From Elusimicrobiota bacterium (GTDB lineage Bacteria; Elusimicrobiota; Elusimicrobia; Elusimicrobiales; UBA9959), in the NCBI GenBank assembly GCA_009773155.1, contig WOVA01000002.1, positions 6,889-70,888 on the forward strand: a stretch of DNA of 64,000 bases, given 5' to 3'. Of this stretch, positions 15,880-24,231 are shown piece by piece. The notes under the pieces are model-generated. The model searched no databases and was not told where the DNA came from. It saw only the letters and a program-made list of their open reading frames with translations. Position 1 is the stretch's first letter. Every line of letters begins with the position of its first letter. Position numbers and translations under genes: made by a program.

Positions 15880-17514
15880 ATGCGCGTTCTCATTTTAATC
15901 TCCCTCCTCCTGTGCGCCGGCCCTTCCTGGGCCGGGCGCTACGAGTCGGCCTCCTTCGTAGAGACCGACGGGCGCCTGGGCTGGGGCGGAGCGCTGGGGG
16001 AATCCAACGCTTTCAGGTCCTTTTCTTCGGTGGATGGTCTGTCAGTCTCGACTTCAGTTTCACCGGGAAATCCGCCGGATCATTACGGCTATTCCTCGCG
16101 TTCCGGCGCCTTCGCCTATTTCCCGCAGCCGGCCGCGGTAAGCGACCTGGCCACGCTCACCGTTTCCAGCGATTCGCTTAAGCTCACCTGGACCGCTCCC
16201 GAGGAGACCTGGTTCAGCCGCGCCGGCAGCGCCTCCCGTTACGTTCTCAAATATTCCCTGTCCGCCCCTATAAATACGGAGGCGGAATTCCGGAGCGCGA
16301 CGGAAGTCCCCCAACTCCCCCAGCCCTGGAGCCCTCTGGCCGCCGGCACCACGGAAACCTTCATCCTGAACGGTTTCAACCCCGGCGCTACTTACTACTT
16401 CGCTCTCAGGTCGTATAACTCCGAGACCGTCGCTTCCGAACTTTCCAACAGGGCCGCGGCTTTCGCGCTGACGCCACTGCCTCCCATGAATTTCCAGGCA
16501 ACCGCCGGGCCTAATGCTTACTCCCTTTCCTGGATCCCCCCCGCCGGTTATTCGACCCGTATAGAGTTCAACGACAGGTTCAGCCCCAACTATCCCTACG
16601 AGGTCAAGGTTTATCAGGTCTTCCGGGCCACCACCCCAACCACCGATAATTGGTCTTTCAGGGCCGAAGTTTCCTCCTATACCCTCAGTTTCGTGGACGA
16701 CCAGATATCGGCCGGGGTGGAATACTATTATCGCGTGAGCGCGGTGAACCAGGCCGGCCTTTCCAGGCCTTCCTATGTGCGCGGCGGCCTCTCCAATGCC
16801 GGCTATTTTCTGGGCCCCGACGGGTCGAGTCTCATGGAGATACCGCAGACAGCCATGGCTCCTTTCTCCGGTCCCGCCTCAGACCAGATGGACTTCTACA
16901 CCATAGAGGTCGCTTCCAATACCGACGAAATAGGAGGCCGCGTGATAAAGAGCGTGGATTTCGCGGCTTATCGCGGCGGCCTCACGCGCGACGACTCCTT
17001 CAAACTCTCCGCCCCGGGTTCCATGCGTCTTTATTATTCCAAAGCAGGCGACGCGTTCGTCCCTTCGGCGACCGTGCCGGATTACAAGCGGCTGAGCGTC
17101 TTCTTTCACAACGGGCGGCGCTGGCTGCAGCTCTACGGCAAGGTGGACCAGCCCAATTCGCGGGTCACGCTTGAGACTACGATGCTGGGGCGCTACCAGC
17201 TCCGCTCGACCGAAAGGAGCGGCGGTTTCGCCGCCGACGCCTCGGGCCTCTCCAACCGCCTGATAACGCCGAACGGCGACGGCAAAAATGATACGATGGT
17301 CTTCGTTTTCGACGATCCGGCCGGGACTTCCGTCAAGGGAACGATATTCGACCTCAAGGGCGCCAAGGTGGCGTCCATGACGCCCGGGCCGGTCGGGAAT
17401 TCGCTGGTCTGGGACCCGCGCGCCGAAGGCCGCAGCGTGCCTGGCGGAGTATATATTTACCAGATAGAGTCCGGCGGCGAAGTGTTCAACGGTACCGCCG
17501 TGGTGATCAGGTGA
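15880..17514 (+). CDS. secreted fibronectin-III-repeat protein with CHU_C / T9SS type-B-like C-terminal domain
   Basis: Start MRVLILISLLLCAGPSWAG (signal peptide). FN3-like units are present (LKLTWTAPEE...YYFALRSYN; LSWIPP...YYYRVSAVNQAG). The C-terminus reads LITPNGDGKNDTMVFVF...GTIFDLKGAKVA...GGVYIYQIESGGEVFNGTAVVIR. Confidence 0.75.
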   Translation: MRVLILISLLLCAGPSWAGRYESASFVETDGRLGWGGALGESNAFRSFSSVDGLSVSTSVSPGNPPDHYGYSSRSGAFAYFPQPAAVSDLATLTVSSDSLKLTWTAPEETWFSRAGSASRYVLKYSLSAPINTEAEFRSATEVPQLPQPWSPLAAGTTETFILNGFNPGATYYFALRSYNSETVASELSNRAAAFALTPLPPMNFQATAGPNAYSLSWIPPAGYSTRIEFNDRFSPNYPYEVKVYQVFRATTPTTDNWSFRAEVSSYTLSFVDDQISAGVEYYYRVSAVNQAGLSRPSYVRGGLSNAGYFLGPDGSSLMEIPQTAMAPFSGPASDQMDFYTIEVASNTDEIGGRVIKSVDFAAYRGGLTRDDSFKLSAPGSMRLYYSKAGDAFVPSATVPDYKRLSVFFHNGRRWLQLYGKVDQPNSRVTLETTMLGRYQLRSTERSGGFAADASGLSNRLITPNGDGKNDTMVFVFDDPAGTSVKGTIFDLKGAKVASMTPGPVGNSLVWDPRAEGRSVPGGVYIYQIESGGEVFNGTAVVIR

Positions 17515-17540
17515 TTTACAGCGATCTTCGGAGGCGACTT

Positions 17541-20500
17541 ATGAAAACGTACAGAATGACCCTGCTGACCGCCGCGGCGGCCCTTCTCTCGGCGGCCGGC
17601 CTGGCCCGGGACGCCGGCGCCGCGATAACCCAGACCTTCAATTACCAGGGCTTCCTCCTGGACAAGGCGACCAATCTTCCCGTCGACGGGGCCAAGCACG
17701 TCCGGTTCCTTATCTACCCCGCCGCCTCGGGCGGCAGCGCGCTCTTCACCGAGATGGTCTGCGGCGTCCCCATGAACAAGGGCCGCTACGAGGTGGAGGT
17801 CGGTTCCCAGACCAGCGGCGGTATCCCGGCGGATATCTTCATCGGCAACCAGAACCTCTGGATGCAGGTCGAGATAGCCCCCACCGCCGTCTGCGGCGGC
17901 TCTTTCGACCCCCTCTCGCCGCGTATGCGTCTGCAGGCCGCCGCTTTCGCTTTCAACTCCCTCTACGCCTCCACGGCCAGCGCGGCGACCCCGCTGTTTT
18001 CGGCCGACGTGATAGGCCCCCTGTCGCAGACCGCGAACGGGGCCATCACCATTTCCACCAACCTCTTCGTGCAGGGCGGCATCTCGGTGGGCAGCATCTC
18101 CCCCGGGCAGCAGCTGAGCGTCTCCGGCCTGGTCGAGAGCCGGGGCGCCGCCGGCTGCGCCGCCGGCCCCAACTATACCTGCGGCTTCAAGTTTCCGGAC
18201 GGCTCGGTTCAGGTAACCGCCGCGGCCGAGACGAAATGGGTACTCAACGGCAGCGATATGTACACGGAAGTGACGATCCAGAGAGTCGGAATAGGGGAGA
18301 CCGCGCCCAGGGCCCGGCTGCATATAAGCAGCGGCATCGGATCGGCTGGGAACATCGTGCTGATCTCCACCGGCTCCTCCGACCTCATCCGCATGACCGG
18401 CGAGGGCCGCATCTACGCTAATTACTTTCACGGCGACGGCTCGAATCTGACGGGGGCCACCGCCGCGGACCTGCTGCGGCTGCTCAAGGCCGGCGACACC
18501 ATGACCGGCCCGCTTACGCTGTCGGGCTCGTCCAGCATGACCGTAGTTAACACGAACAACTCGCTGGCCTATTCCCTGGCCGTCACCACCGACCCGGCCA
18601 GGCTGGCGTATCACTTCTCCGTCTCTACGGCCGGCTTCGTGGGCGTAGGAACCGTCTTCCCCTCCAGGCGCCTGCATGTATGGGCCCCACCCGGCACGGG
18701 AGCGGACCTTGTGGCCGTCACTACCGGCACTTCGGACGTCTTCCGTGTCGACGGCGCCGGGAACGTACACGGCCTGACTTTCCACGGCAACGGCTCCGGC
18801 CTGACCGACGTCTTCTCGACGGACCCCACCAGGGTGCTCAAGGCCGGCGATGCCATGACGGGCCAGCTTACGCTGGCCGGCTCCTCGCTCACCGTCAGGG
18901 GTTCCGCCGGCCTGGCCGTAAGCACGGGAACCTGGCTCTCCGTCGGGGCCTCCACCGCCGCGCACAAGGTCTATATAGACGGCGGCGTGCTGGTCACCTC
19001 AAGCGTGACGGCCCAGGGCGGCTTTATCGGCCCGTCGGCGTCCTTGCTCGGGCATCTCCAGGCGGGGGCCGTAACCGCCACCAGCGGCACCTTCACGAAC
19101 TTCGGCGATGGCAAATACAGCATAATCACCACCTCGGGCATAAAAGTGGGGGATCTCGGCTTCGTGGAAGCGCCTTTTTACCTGGGCAGCGGCGCGTATC
19201 TTACCAATGTCCTGGGGACCGACAGCAGCAAGGTGCGGAAGGCGGGCGACGTTATGACCGGCAGCCTCCGCGTGGAAGGTTCCAGCGTCGGACTGTTCGG
19301 CTACGGCGGCTCCTTCGCCTACGCGCTCACCGTGGCCACGGTCACGAACCCATCCTCCTACGCCCTCGCCGTCACGACGCAGGGGCGGGTCGGCGTGGGT
19401 GTTTTGACCCCTTCGTATCCCTTTCATGTCCTGAGCGGGATCGGAGTAACGGTTCCCGATAACAGCGCCGACGCGAAGGTCACGCTGCAGACGGCCGGCG
19501 GCGGCGCCGGATATATTGCCTGGGATGACACGGCTTATCCCGGAATAGGGATACTAGGTGCCCCGTTCGGAGGCAGGGATCTGGTCTACAGGGCCGCGGC
19601 GACCTCTATGGCGAACGGGACGGAAGTCTTTCGCATAAAAGAGAACGGAAGTTTCGGTATAGGTACGGCGGCCCCCTCGGAGCGTTTCCACGTGGCCACC
19701 AATATGCTGGTCAGCACCTCCGCGGTGAACCCGCTGCTCTATGTCAGTTCCGTCACCGGCAGGGTGGGCATCGGCACTAACTCGCCCCAGACCCACCGCC
19801 TGGTGGTCAACGGCGGCATGGTCGTGGCCTCGAGCCTGACCGTGCAGAACGGGATACACGGCACGATATACGGCATAATAAGCAGCACCGAACTTTACGT
19901 CGACGGCAACGCCGGCATAGGCGTCTCCACCCCGCTGGCCAGGCTGCACGTGGTGGAGAAGGGCAACGAAATCTATTCCCTTATAGTAGGTTCCAATAAT
20001 ATCGTGGGCCTGAACTATGACCTGGTGGTGACCACGCAGGGCCGAGTCGGAATCGGAATCGCCAATCCCCAGCAAACCCTTCATGTCGGCGGGACCCTTA
20101 AGGTCGGGTCCAACGACTCCCTTGACACGGGGTCTGCCCGGCTGCAGCTCCGTCCGCTGGGCGGTCATTCACTGATAAGCTTCGAGTCAACGGGCAAGGG
20201 CGCCATCGCCGTTATGGGTACCGACGATACCCCGGAGGATTTTATTTTCCGTACCGACTCGGCCAGCCTAGGTTCCGGCACCGAGATATACCGCATCAAA
20301 AAGACCGGCCAGTTCGGCATCTATAACGCCGCCCCGGAGGAACGGCTGCATATCGGTGGCAATACTCTGATAAGCACGGCGGCGGTCACGCCGATAATGT
20401 TCGTCTCCACCGGCACGGCCCGTGTGGGAGTCGGCACGCGTTCCCCGTCGGCGCGGCTGCATCTCTCCAGCGGCGCCTTCTACAATGACGGCACCGGAGC

Positions 20501-20897
20501 CGGGATAACGACGCTGGGCAATGTCACAGCCGCGGCCTATTACGGCAACGGCGCCAACCTCAGCGGCGTCATCACCTCCACCGATGTTATCGTGGCCGAT
20601 ATCGCCGCCCGGGTGCGCAAGGACGGCGACACTATGAGCGGCCCGCTTATCACCACCGGCCTCACGGTGACCGGGGCGGCTAATTTCGGCTCGCTGCCGA
20701 CCAAATCCACTTTCACCGCCGACGGTTTCTGGCAGCCCCGCGCCATGACTACAACGGAACTCCGGGCCGCGACGCCCCCGGGTATAGGGCTGGTCGTATA
20801 TAACTCGACTATCCCAGACCTGTGCGTTTCGACAGGGACGGCGACAGCCGGAGCCTGGGCCCTGATAGGATCGAGGGCAGCAGGGAACTGCTACTGA
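17541..20897 (+). CDS. large repetitive fibre/adhesin-like surface protein with tail-fibre-type repeats
   Basis: Start MKTYRMTLLTAAAALLSAAGLA behind GGAGG. There are nine G-x-(V/F)-G-(I/V)-G...(R/K/T/P)(L/F)H(V/I/L) units, four K(A/D)GDxM(T/S)GxL motifs and four (F/Y)(H/L/Y)G(D/N/S)G(S/A)xL(T/S) motifs. The N-terminal module reads NYQGFLLD...LFTE...LWMQVEI. The C-terminal module reads MTTTELRAATPPGIGLVVYNST...GAW. Confidence 0.7.
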   Translation: MKTYRMTLLTAAAALLSAAGLARDAGAAITQTFNYQGFLLDKATNLPVDGAKHVRFLIYPAASGGSALFTEMVCGVPMNKGRYEVEVGSQTSGGIPADIFIGNQNLWMQVEIAPTAVCGGSFDPLSPRMRLQAAAFAFNSLYASTASAATPLFSADVIGPLSQTANGAITISTNLFVQGGISVGSISPGQQLSVSGLVESRGAAGCAAGPNYTCGFKFPDGSVQVTAAAETKWVLNGSDMYTEVTIQRVGIGETAPRARLHISSGIGSAGNIVLISTGSSDLIRMTGEGRIYANYFHGDGSNLTGATAADLLRLLKAGDTMTGPLTLSGSSSMTVVNTNNSLAYSLAVTTDPARLAYHFSVSTAGFVGVGTVFPSRRLHVWAPPGTGADLVAVTTGTSDVFRVDGAGNVHGLTFHGNGSGLTDVFSTDPTRVLKAGDAMTGQLTLAGSSLTVRGSAGLAVSTGTWLSVGASTAAHKVYIDGGVLVTSSVTAQGGFIGPSASLLGHLQAGAVTATSGTFTNFGDGKYSIITTSGIKVGDLGFVEAPFYLGSGAYLTNVLGTDSSKVRKAGDVMTGSLRVEGSSVGLFGYGGSFAYALTVATVTNPSSYALAVTTQGRVGVGVLTPSYPFHVLSGIGVTVPDNSADAKVTLQTAGGGAGYIAWDDTAYPGIGILGAPFGGRDLVYRAAATSMANGTEVFRIKENGSFGIGTAAPSERFHVATNMLVSTSAVNPLLYVSSVTGRVGIGTNSPQTHRLVVNGGMVVASSLTVQNGIHGTIYGIISSTELYVDGNAGIGVSTPLARLHVVEKGNEIYSLIVGSNNIVGLNYDLVVTTQGRVGIGIANPQQTLHVGGTLKVGSNDSLDTGSARLQLRPLGGHSLISFESTGKGAIAVMGTDDTPEDFIFRTDSASLGSGTEIYRIKKTGQFGIYNAAPEERLHIGGNTLISTAAVTPIMFVSTGTARVGVGTRSPSARLHLSSGAFYNDGTGAGITTLGNVTAAAYYGNGANLSGVITSTDVIVADIAARVRKDGDTMSGPLITTGLTVTGAANFGSLPTKSTFTADGFWQPRAMTTTELRAATPPGIGLVVYNSTIPDLCVSTGTATAGAWALIGSRAAGNCY

Positions 20898-20903
20898 TAT
20901 AAG

Positions 20904-20912
20904 TGGTATAAT
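20904..20912 (+). promoter_or_regulatory. candidate extended -10 promoter (TGGTATAAT) for the rib leader
   Basis: TGnTATAAT match read at 20904-20912. It lies ~10 nt upstream of the start of the FMN aptamer. Confidence 0.55.
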
Positions 20913-20918
20913 ATAGAC

Positions 20919-21056
20919 ACAGGTTCTTCAGGGCGGGGTGCGATTCCCCACCGGCGGTGGTCCCGGAAGGGCGAGCCCGCGAGCCGAGGGAGAGATCCCG
21001 GAGCATGACCCGGTGAGATCCCGGGGCCGACGGTAAAGTCCGGATGAAAGAAGGAC
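20919..21056 (+). promoter_or_regulatory. FMN riboswitch (RFN element) aptamer
   Basis: CUUCAGGGCGGGGUGCGAUUCCCCACCGGCGGU...AGCCCGCGAGC...GGUGAGAUCCCGGGGCCGACGGUAAAGUCCGGAUGAAAGAAGG matches the conserved RFN core blocks. It lies upstream of ribBA. Confidence 0.9.
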
Positions 21057-21107
21057 TTGGCGACAGCGTGACTCCGCCATTGGCGGCGCCCGGCTGGCCG
21101 GCCCCGG

Positions 21108-21137
21108 GCCCTGAAGACCGCTTCAGGGCTTTTTTTA
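21108..21137 (+). terminator. intrinsic terminator (riboswitch expression platform)
   Basis: GCCCTGAAG-ACCG-CTTCAGGGC is followed by TTTTTTTATT. It ends 11 nt before the ribBA ATG. Confidence 0.75.
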
Positions 21138-21148
21138 TTGGAGAATTG

Positions 21149-22360
21149 ATGGATTTCGCTCCTATAGAGGAAATAATAAAAGATATAAAGCGCGGCCGCA
21201 TGGTGATACTGGCCGACGACGAGAGCCGCGAGAACGAGGGCGATATCGTCATGGCGGCGCAGTTCGCGACCCCGGAAAAGGTCAACTTCATCGTCAAGGA
21301 GGCGCGCGGCCTGCTCTGTTCCCCTCTCTCCACGGACCTTGCCGGCCGGCTGGACCTTTTCCCGATGGGGCGGGACCTGTCCTCGCCCGGCGGGGACAAT
21401 TCCGACCCGTACAGGACGGCCTGGACCATCTCCGTCGACGCCAAAAAAGGCGTCGCCACCGGCATCTCCGCCGCCGACAGGTCGCGCACGCTCAAGGCCC
21501 TGGCTTCCCCCTCCTCCGCGCCGGCCGATTTCACGCGCCCCGGCCATGTTTTTCCCCTGCGCGCCAAGCCGGGCGGCGTGCTCATCCGCGCCGGCCATAC
21601 CGAAGCCTGCGTGGACCTACTGAACCTCGCCGGCCTGCGGCCCGCCGGCGTCATCTGCGAGATCATGCGCGCCGACGGCACCATGGCCCGCCTGCCGCAC
21701 CTGAAGACCTTCGCCCGCCGCCACCGTCTGAAGCTGGCCACCATCGCCGACCTCATAAAATACCGCCGCGGCCGCGAGACGCTGGTGGAGAGGCACGCCA
21801 CGGCCTCGCTGCCCACTCCGCACGGGATTTTCGTGATGCATATTTACCGCGAAAAGATCACGGGGCTGGAGCATATCGCGCTGGTGAGGGGCGAGCCCGG
21901 TCCGACTGCCCTGGTGCGCGTTCATTCGGAGTGCCTGACCGGCGACGTCTTCGGCTCGCGGCGCTGCGACTGCGGCGAGCAGCTCGACGCCGCCCAGGCC
22001 GCCATCGCCAAAGAGGGTTCCGGCATACTGCTCTACATGCGCCAGGAGGGACGCGGCATCGGCCTCGGCAACAAGATAAAGGCCTACGCCCTGCAGGACA
22101 AGGGCTACGACACCGTTTCGGCCAACCTCGCCCTGGGCTTTCCCGCCGACCTGCGCGATTACGGCACCGGCGCGCAGATACTCTCCGACCTCGGCGTGCG
22201 CCGCCTGCGCCTGCTCACCAATAACCCGCGCAAGCTGGCGGGGCTGGGCGGCTACGGGCTGAAGATAGCCGCGCGCGTACCGCTGATAATAAGATCCAAC
22301 GCCCATAACAAGCGCTACCTGGCCACCAAGGCCGGCAAGCTGGGGCACCTGATAGTGTAG
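21149..22360 (+). CDS. ribBA: bifunctional 3,4-dihydroxy-2-butanone-4-phosphate synthase / GTP cyclohydrolase II
   Basis: Start [32 protein letters not shown] behind GGAG. The GCH-II part has [18 protein letters not shown]...EGRGIGL. The upstream part of track ORF 21044 overlaps the riboswitch. Confidence 0.9.
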   Translation: MDFAPIEEIIKDIKRGRMVILADDESRENEGDIVMAAQFATPEKVNFIVKEARGLLCSPLSTDLAGRLDLFPMGRDLSSPGGDNSDPYRTAWTISVDAKKGVATGISAADRSRTLKALASPSSAPADFTRPGHVFPLRAKPGGVLIRAGHTEACVDLLNLAGLRPAGVICEIMRADGTMARLPHLKTFARRHRLKLATIADLIKYRRGRETLVERHATASLPTPHGIFVMHIYREKITGLEHIALVRGEPGPTALVRVHSECLTGDVFGSRRCDCGEQLDAAQAAIAKEGSGILLYMRQEGRGIGLGNKIKAYALQDKGYDTVSANLALGFPADLRDYGTGAQILSDLGVRRLRLLTNNPRKLAGLGGYGLKIAARVPLIIRSNAHNKRYLATKAGKLGHLIV

Positions 22361-22369
22361 GAGGAGAAA

Positions 22370-22828
22370 ATGAAAATAGTGGAAGGAAAACTCAACGCCG
22401 AAAAACTCAAGTTCGCGCTGATAGTCTCCCGGTTCAACGATTTCCTCACCGGCAAGCTCGCCGACGGGGCGGTCGACACGCTGAAAAGGCACGGCGCCGA
22501 CGAGAAGGACCTGACCCTGGTGAAAGTCCCCGGCGCCTATGAACTGGCTCTGGCCGCCGACAAGGCCGCCGCCGGCAATTACAGCGCCGTCATCTGCCTG
22601 GGCGTCATCATCCGCGGCGACACGCCGCATTTCGACCTGGTCGCCGCCGAGACCGCCAAGGGCGTGGCCGAAGTCGCCATGCGCCATAAGAAGCCGGTCA
22701 TCTTCGGCGTCGTCGCGGCCGACAACCTGGAGCAGGCCATAGAGCGCTGCGGCGCCAAGCAGGGCAACAAGGGCGCCGAGGCCGCCATGGCCGCTATAGA
22801 AATGGCCAACCTGTTCAAGAATTTATAA
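22370..22828 (+). CDS. ribH: 6,7-dimethyl-8-ribityllumazine synthase
   Basis: 152 aa. FALIVSRFNDFLT...VPGAYELALAA...VICLGVIIRGDTPHFD. Confidence 0.9.
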   Translation: MKIVEGKLNAEKLKFALIVSRFNDFLTGKLADGAVDTLKRHGADEKDLTLVKVPGAYELALAADKAAAGNYSAVICLGVIIRGDTPHFDLVAAETAKGVAEVAMRHKKPVIFGVVAADNLEQAIERCGAKQGNKGAEAAMAAIEMANLFKNL

Positions 22829-22850
22829 GGAGACGGGAGGATATAGCTCA

Positions 22851-23040
22851 CCCCGGGGACACGCGGCGAGGAACATGAGGAGCTTTTTCCCCGAGCGTAG
22901 TGAGGGAACCGGCACTGCCGGACGGGCATGATTGTCTGAGGCCCGAGGCGCTATGCGCCCGGGCCGAGTTCGTGCCCGGCCGAACGAAGCGAAGGTGCAT
23001 CCCGGAAAAAGCGAACCGTGACGAGCGCGTGTCCCCGGGG
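22851..23040 (+). repeat. structured intergenic element, copy 1 (190 nt, closed by 15-bp stem CCCCGGGGACACGCG / CGCGTGTCCCCGGGG)
   Basis: A ~165-nt core (GCGGCGAG...GGAACCGGCACTGCCGGAC.GGCATGA.TGTCTGAGGCCC...GCGCTATGCGC.CGGGCCGAGTTCGTGCCCGGCCGA...CCGGAAAAA...CCGTGACGAGCGC) is repeated at 39290-39489 on the other strand. It occupies most of the 257-nt ribH-ribD gap. Confidence 0.85.
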
Positions 23041-23085
23041 GGGAGCCAAGCCGCTGACAGGACCCCGATAGTTATTCCTTAGCTT

Positions 23086-24177
23086 ATGACCGACAAAGAA
23101 CTGATGCAGAGGGCCATGGAACTTGCGCGCCGCGGCAGCTGCGGCGCCCATCCTAATCCCATCGTCGGCGCGGTGCTGGCCAGGCGGGGCCGGATCATCG
23201 CCGAGGGCTGGCACGCCCGCTGCGGCGGCCCCCACGCCGAGGCCGTCGCCCTGAAAAAGGCCGGCGCCCGCGCCCGCGGCGCCGACCTCTACGTCACACT
23301 CGAGCCGTGCTCCACCCACGGCAAGACCCCGCCCTGCACGGAGGCTATAATCGCCGCCGGAGTGGCCCGCGTCTTCATCGGCGCCTCCGACCCCAACCCC
23401 CGCCACAGCCGCCGCGGCGGCGCCATATTGCGCGCGGCCGGGATAAAAGTTGAGACCGGCCTCCTGCGCCGCGAATGCGGGGAACTCAATCCCGCCTTCG
23501 ACAAGTATATGCGCACCCGCCTGCCTTATGTCACGCTCAAGACCGCCCAGAGCCTCGACGGCCGCCTCGCCGACGCCGCCGGCCGCTCGCGCTGGATCTC
23601 CTCGCCGCAGTCGCGCCGCTTCGCCCATAGGCTGCGCGCCGAGGCCGACGCCGTGGTGGCCGGCGTGGGCACGGTGCTCGCCGACGACCCGCTGCTCAAT
23701 GTGCGCGGCTTTAAAGTCTCCCGCCAGCCCTGGGTGGTCATACTCGACTCCCGACTGCGTATATCGCCCAAAGCCCGCGTGTTTCAGAACGACCGCGTCA
23801 TCATCGCCGTCGCCGGCAAGGCCCCGGCCGCTGCGGTAAAGCGCCTGCCGCGCCACGCCGAGGTCCTGCAGCTCCCCAGGGACCGCGACGGCCGTCCATC
23901 GCTCCCGGCCCTGCTTAAAGCCCTGGGCTCGGTAGGCATAAGCCATATACTGGTGGAAGGCGGAGGCAAAGTCGCCGGTTCCTTCATCAGCCAGGGCCTG
24001 GTCGACCGCTATTGCTGCATCATCGCCCCCATGGTTATCGGCGGCACCGCTTCCAGAAGTTCCGCCGTCTGGCCCGACAGGATCAACGCCGCCCGCAAAG
24101 TCCTGGGCGTACAGGCCGAAATAAAGGATTCTTTCCGTCTCGGCCCCGACCTTATGCTCGACGTGAGGTTTAAATAG
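23086..24177 (+). CDS. ribD: bifunctional riboflavin deaminase/reductase
   Basis: 363 aa. Deaminase zinc motifs HAE...TLEPCSTHGKTPPC. C-terminal RibD_C-like reductase part. Confidence 0.9.
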   Translation: MTDKELMQRAMELARRGSCGAHPNPIVGAVLARRGRIIAEGWHARCGGPHAEAVALKKAGARARGADLYVTLEPCSTHGKTPPCTEAIIAAGVARVFIGASDPNPRHSRRGGAILRAAGIKVETGLLRRECGELNPAFDKYMRTRLPYVTLKTAQSLDGRLADAAGRSRWISSPQSRRFAHRLRAEADAVVAGVGTVLADDPLLNVRGFKVSRQPWVVILDSRLRISPKARVFQNDRVIIAVAGKAPAAAVKRLPRHAEVLQLPRDRDGRPSLPALLKALGSVGISHILVEGGGKVAGSFISQGLVDRYCCIIAPMVIGGTASRSSAVWPDRINAARKVLGVQAEIKDSFRLGPDLMLDVRFK

Positions 24178-24222
24178 GGGGACACAATACCTATTATCGC
24201 CTATAATAGGTATTGTGTCCCC
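24178..24222. repeat. perfect 20-bp hairpin (GGGGACACAATACCTATTAT-CGCCT-ATAATAGGTATTGTGTCCCC)
   Basis: Read directly. It begins 1 nt after the ribD stop and ends 9 nt before the ribE ATG. The stem is AT-rich with GGGGAC/GTCCCC ends like the other palindromic elements. Confidence 0.85.
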
Positions 24223-24231
24223 AAAATCATT

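Noticed and set aside
17541-20897. Prophage or tail-fibre gene of a phage remnant.
   Set aside because: The protein has a Sec signal peptide and sits between chromosomal genes (an FN3/CTD protein and the rib operon). No capsid, portal, terminase, baseplate or integrase genes and no att-like repeats are visible in the window.
22900-23082. Possible small basic protein encoded by the repeated element. ORFs 22900-23082(+) and 39241-39531(-) share REPALPD.HDCLRP.ALCARAEFVPGR, and the second ORF exactly bridges nuoC to nuoD.
   Set aside because: A 1-nt indel between the copies (CGTAGTGAGGG versus CGAACGAGGG) puts the flanking conserved sequence in different frames. The copy-1 frame is closed by TGA at 22876. 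The regions outside the shared 28 aa are unrelated. Differences within the shared part are not biased to synonymous sites (2 synonymous, 2 non-synonymous). Compensatory base changes fit an RNA/DNA structure better. Ribosome profiling could reopen this.
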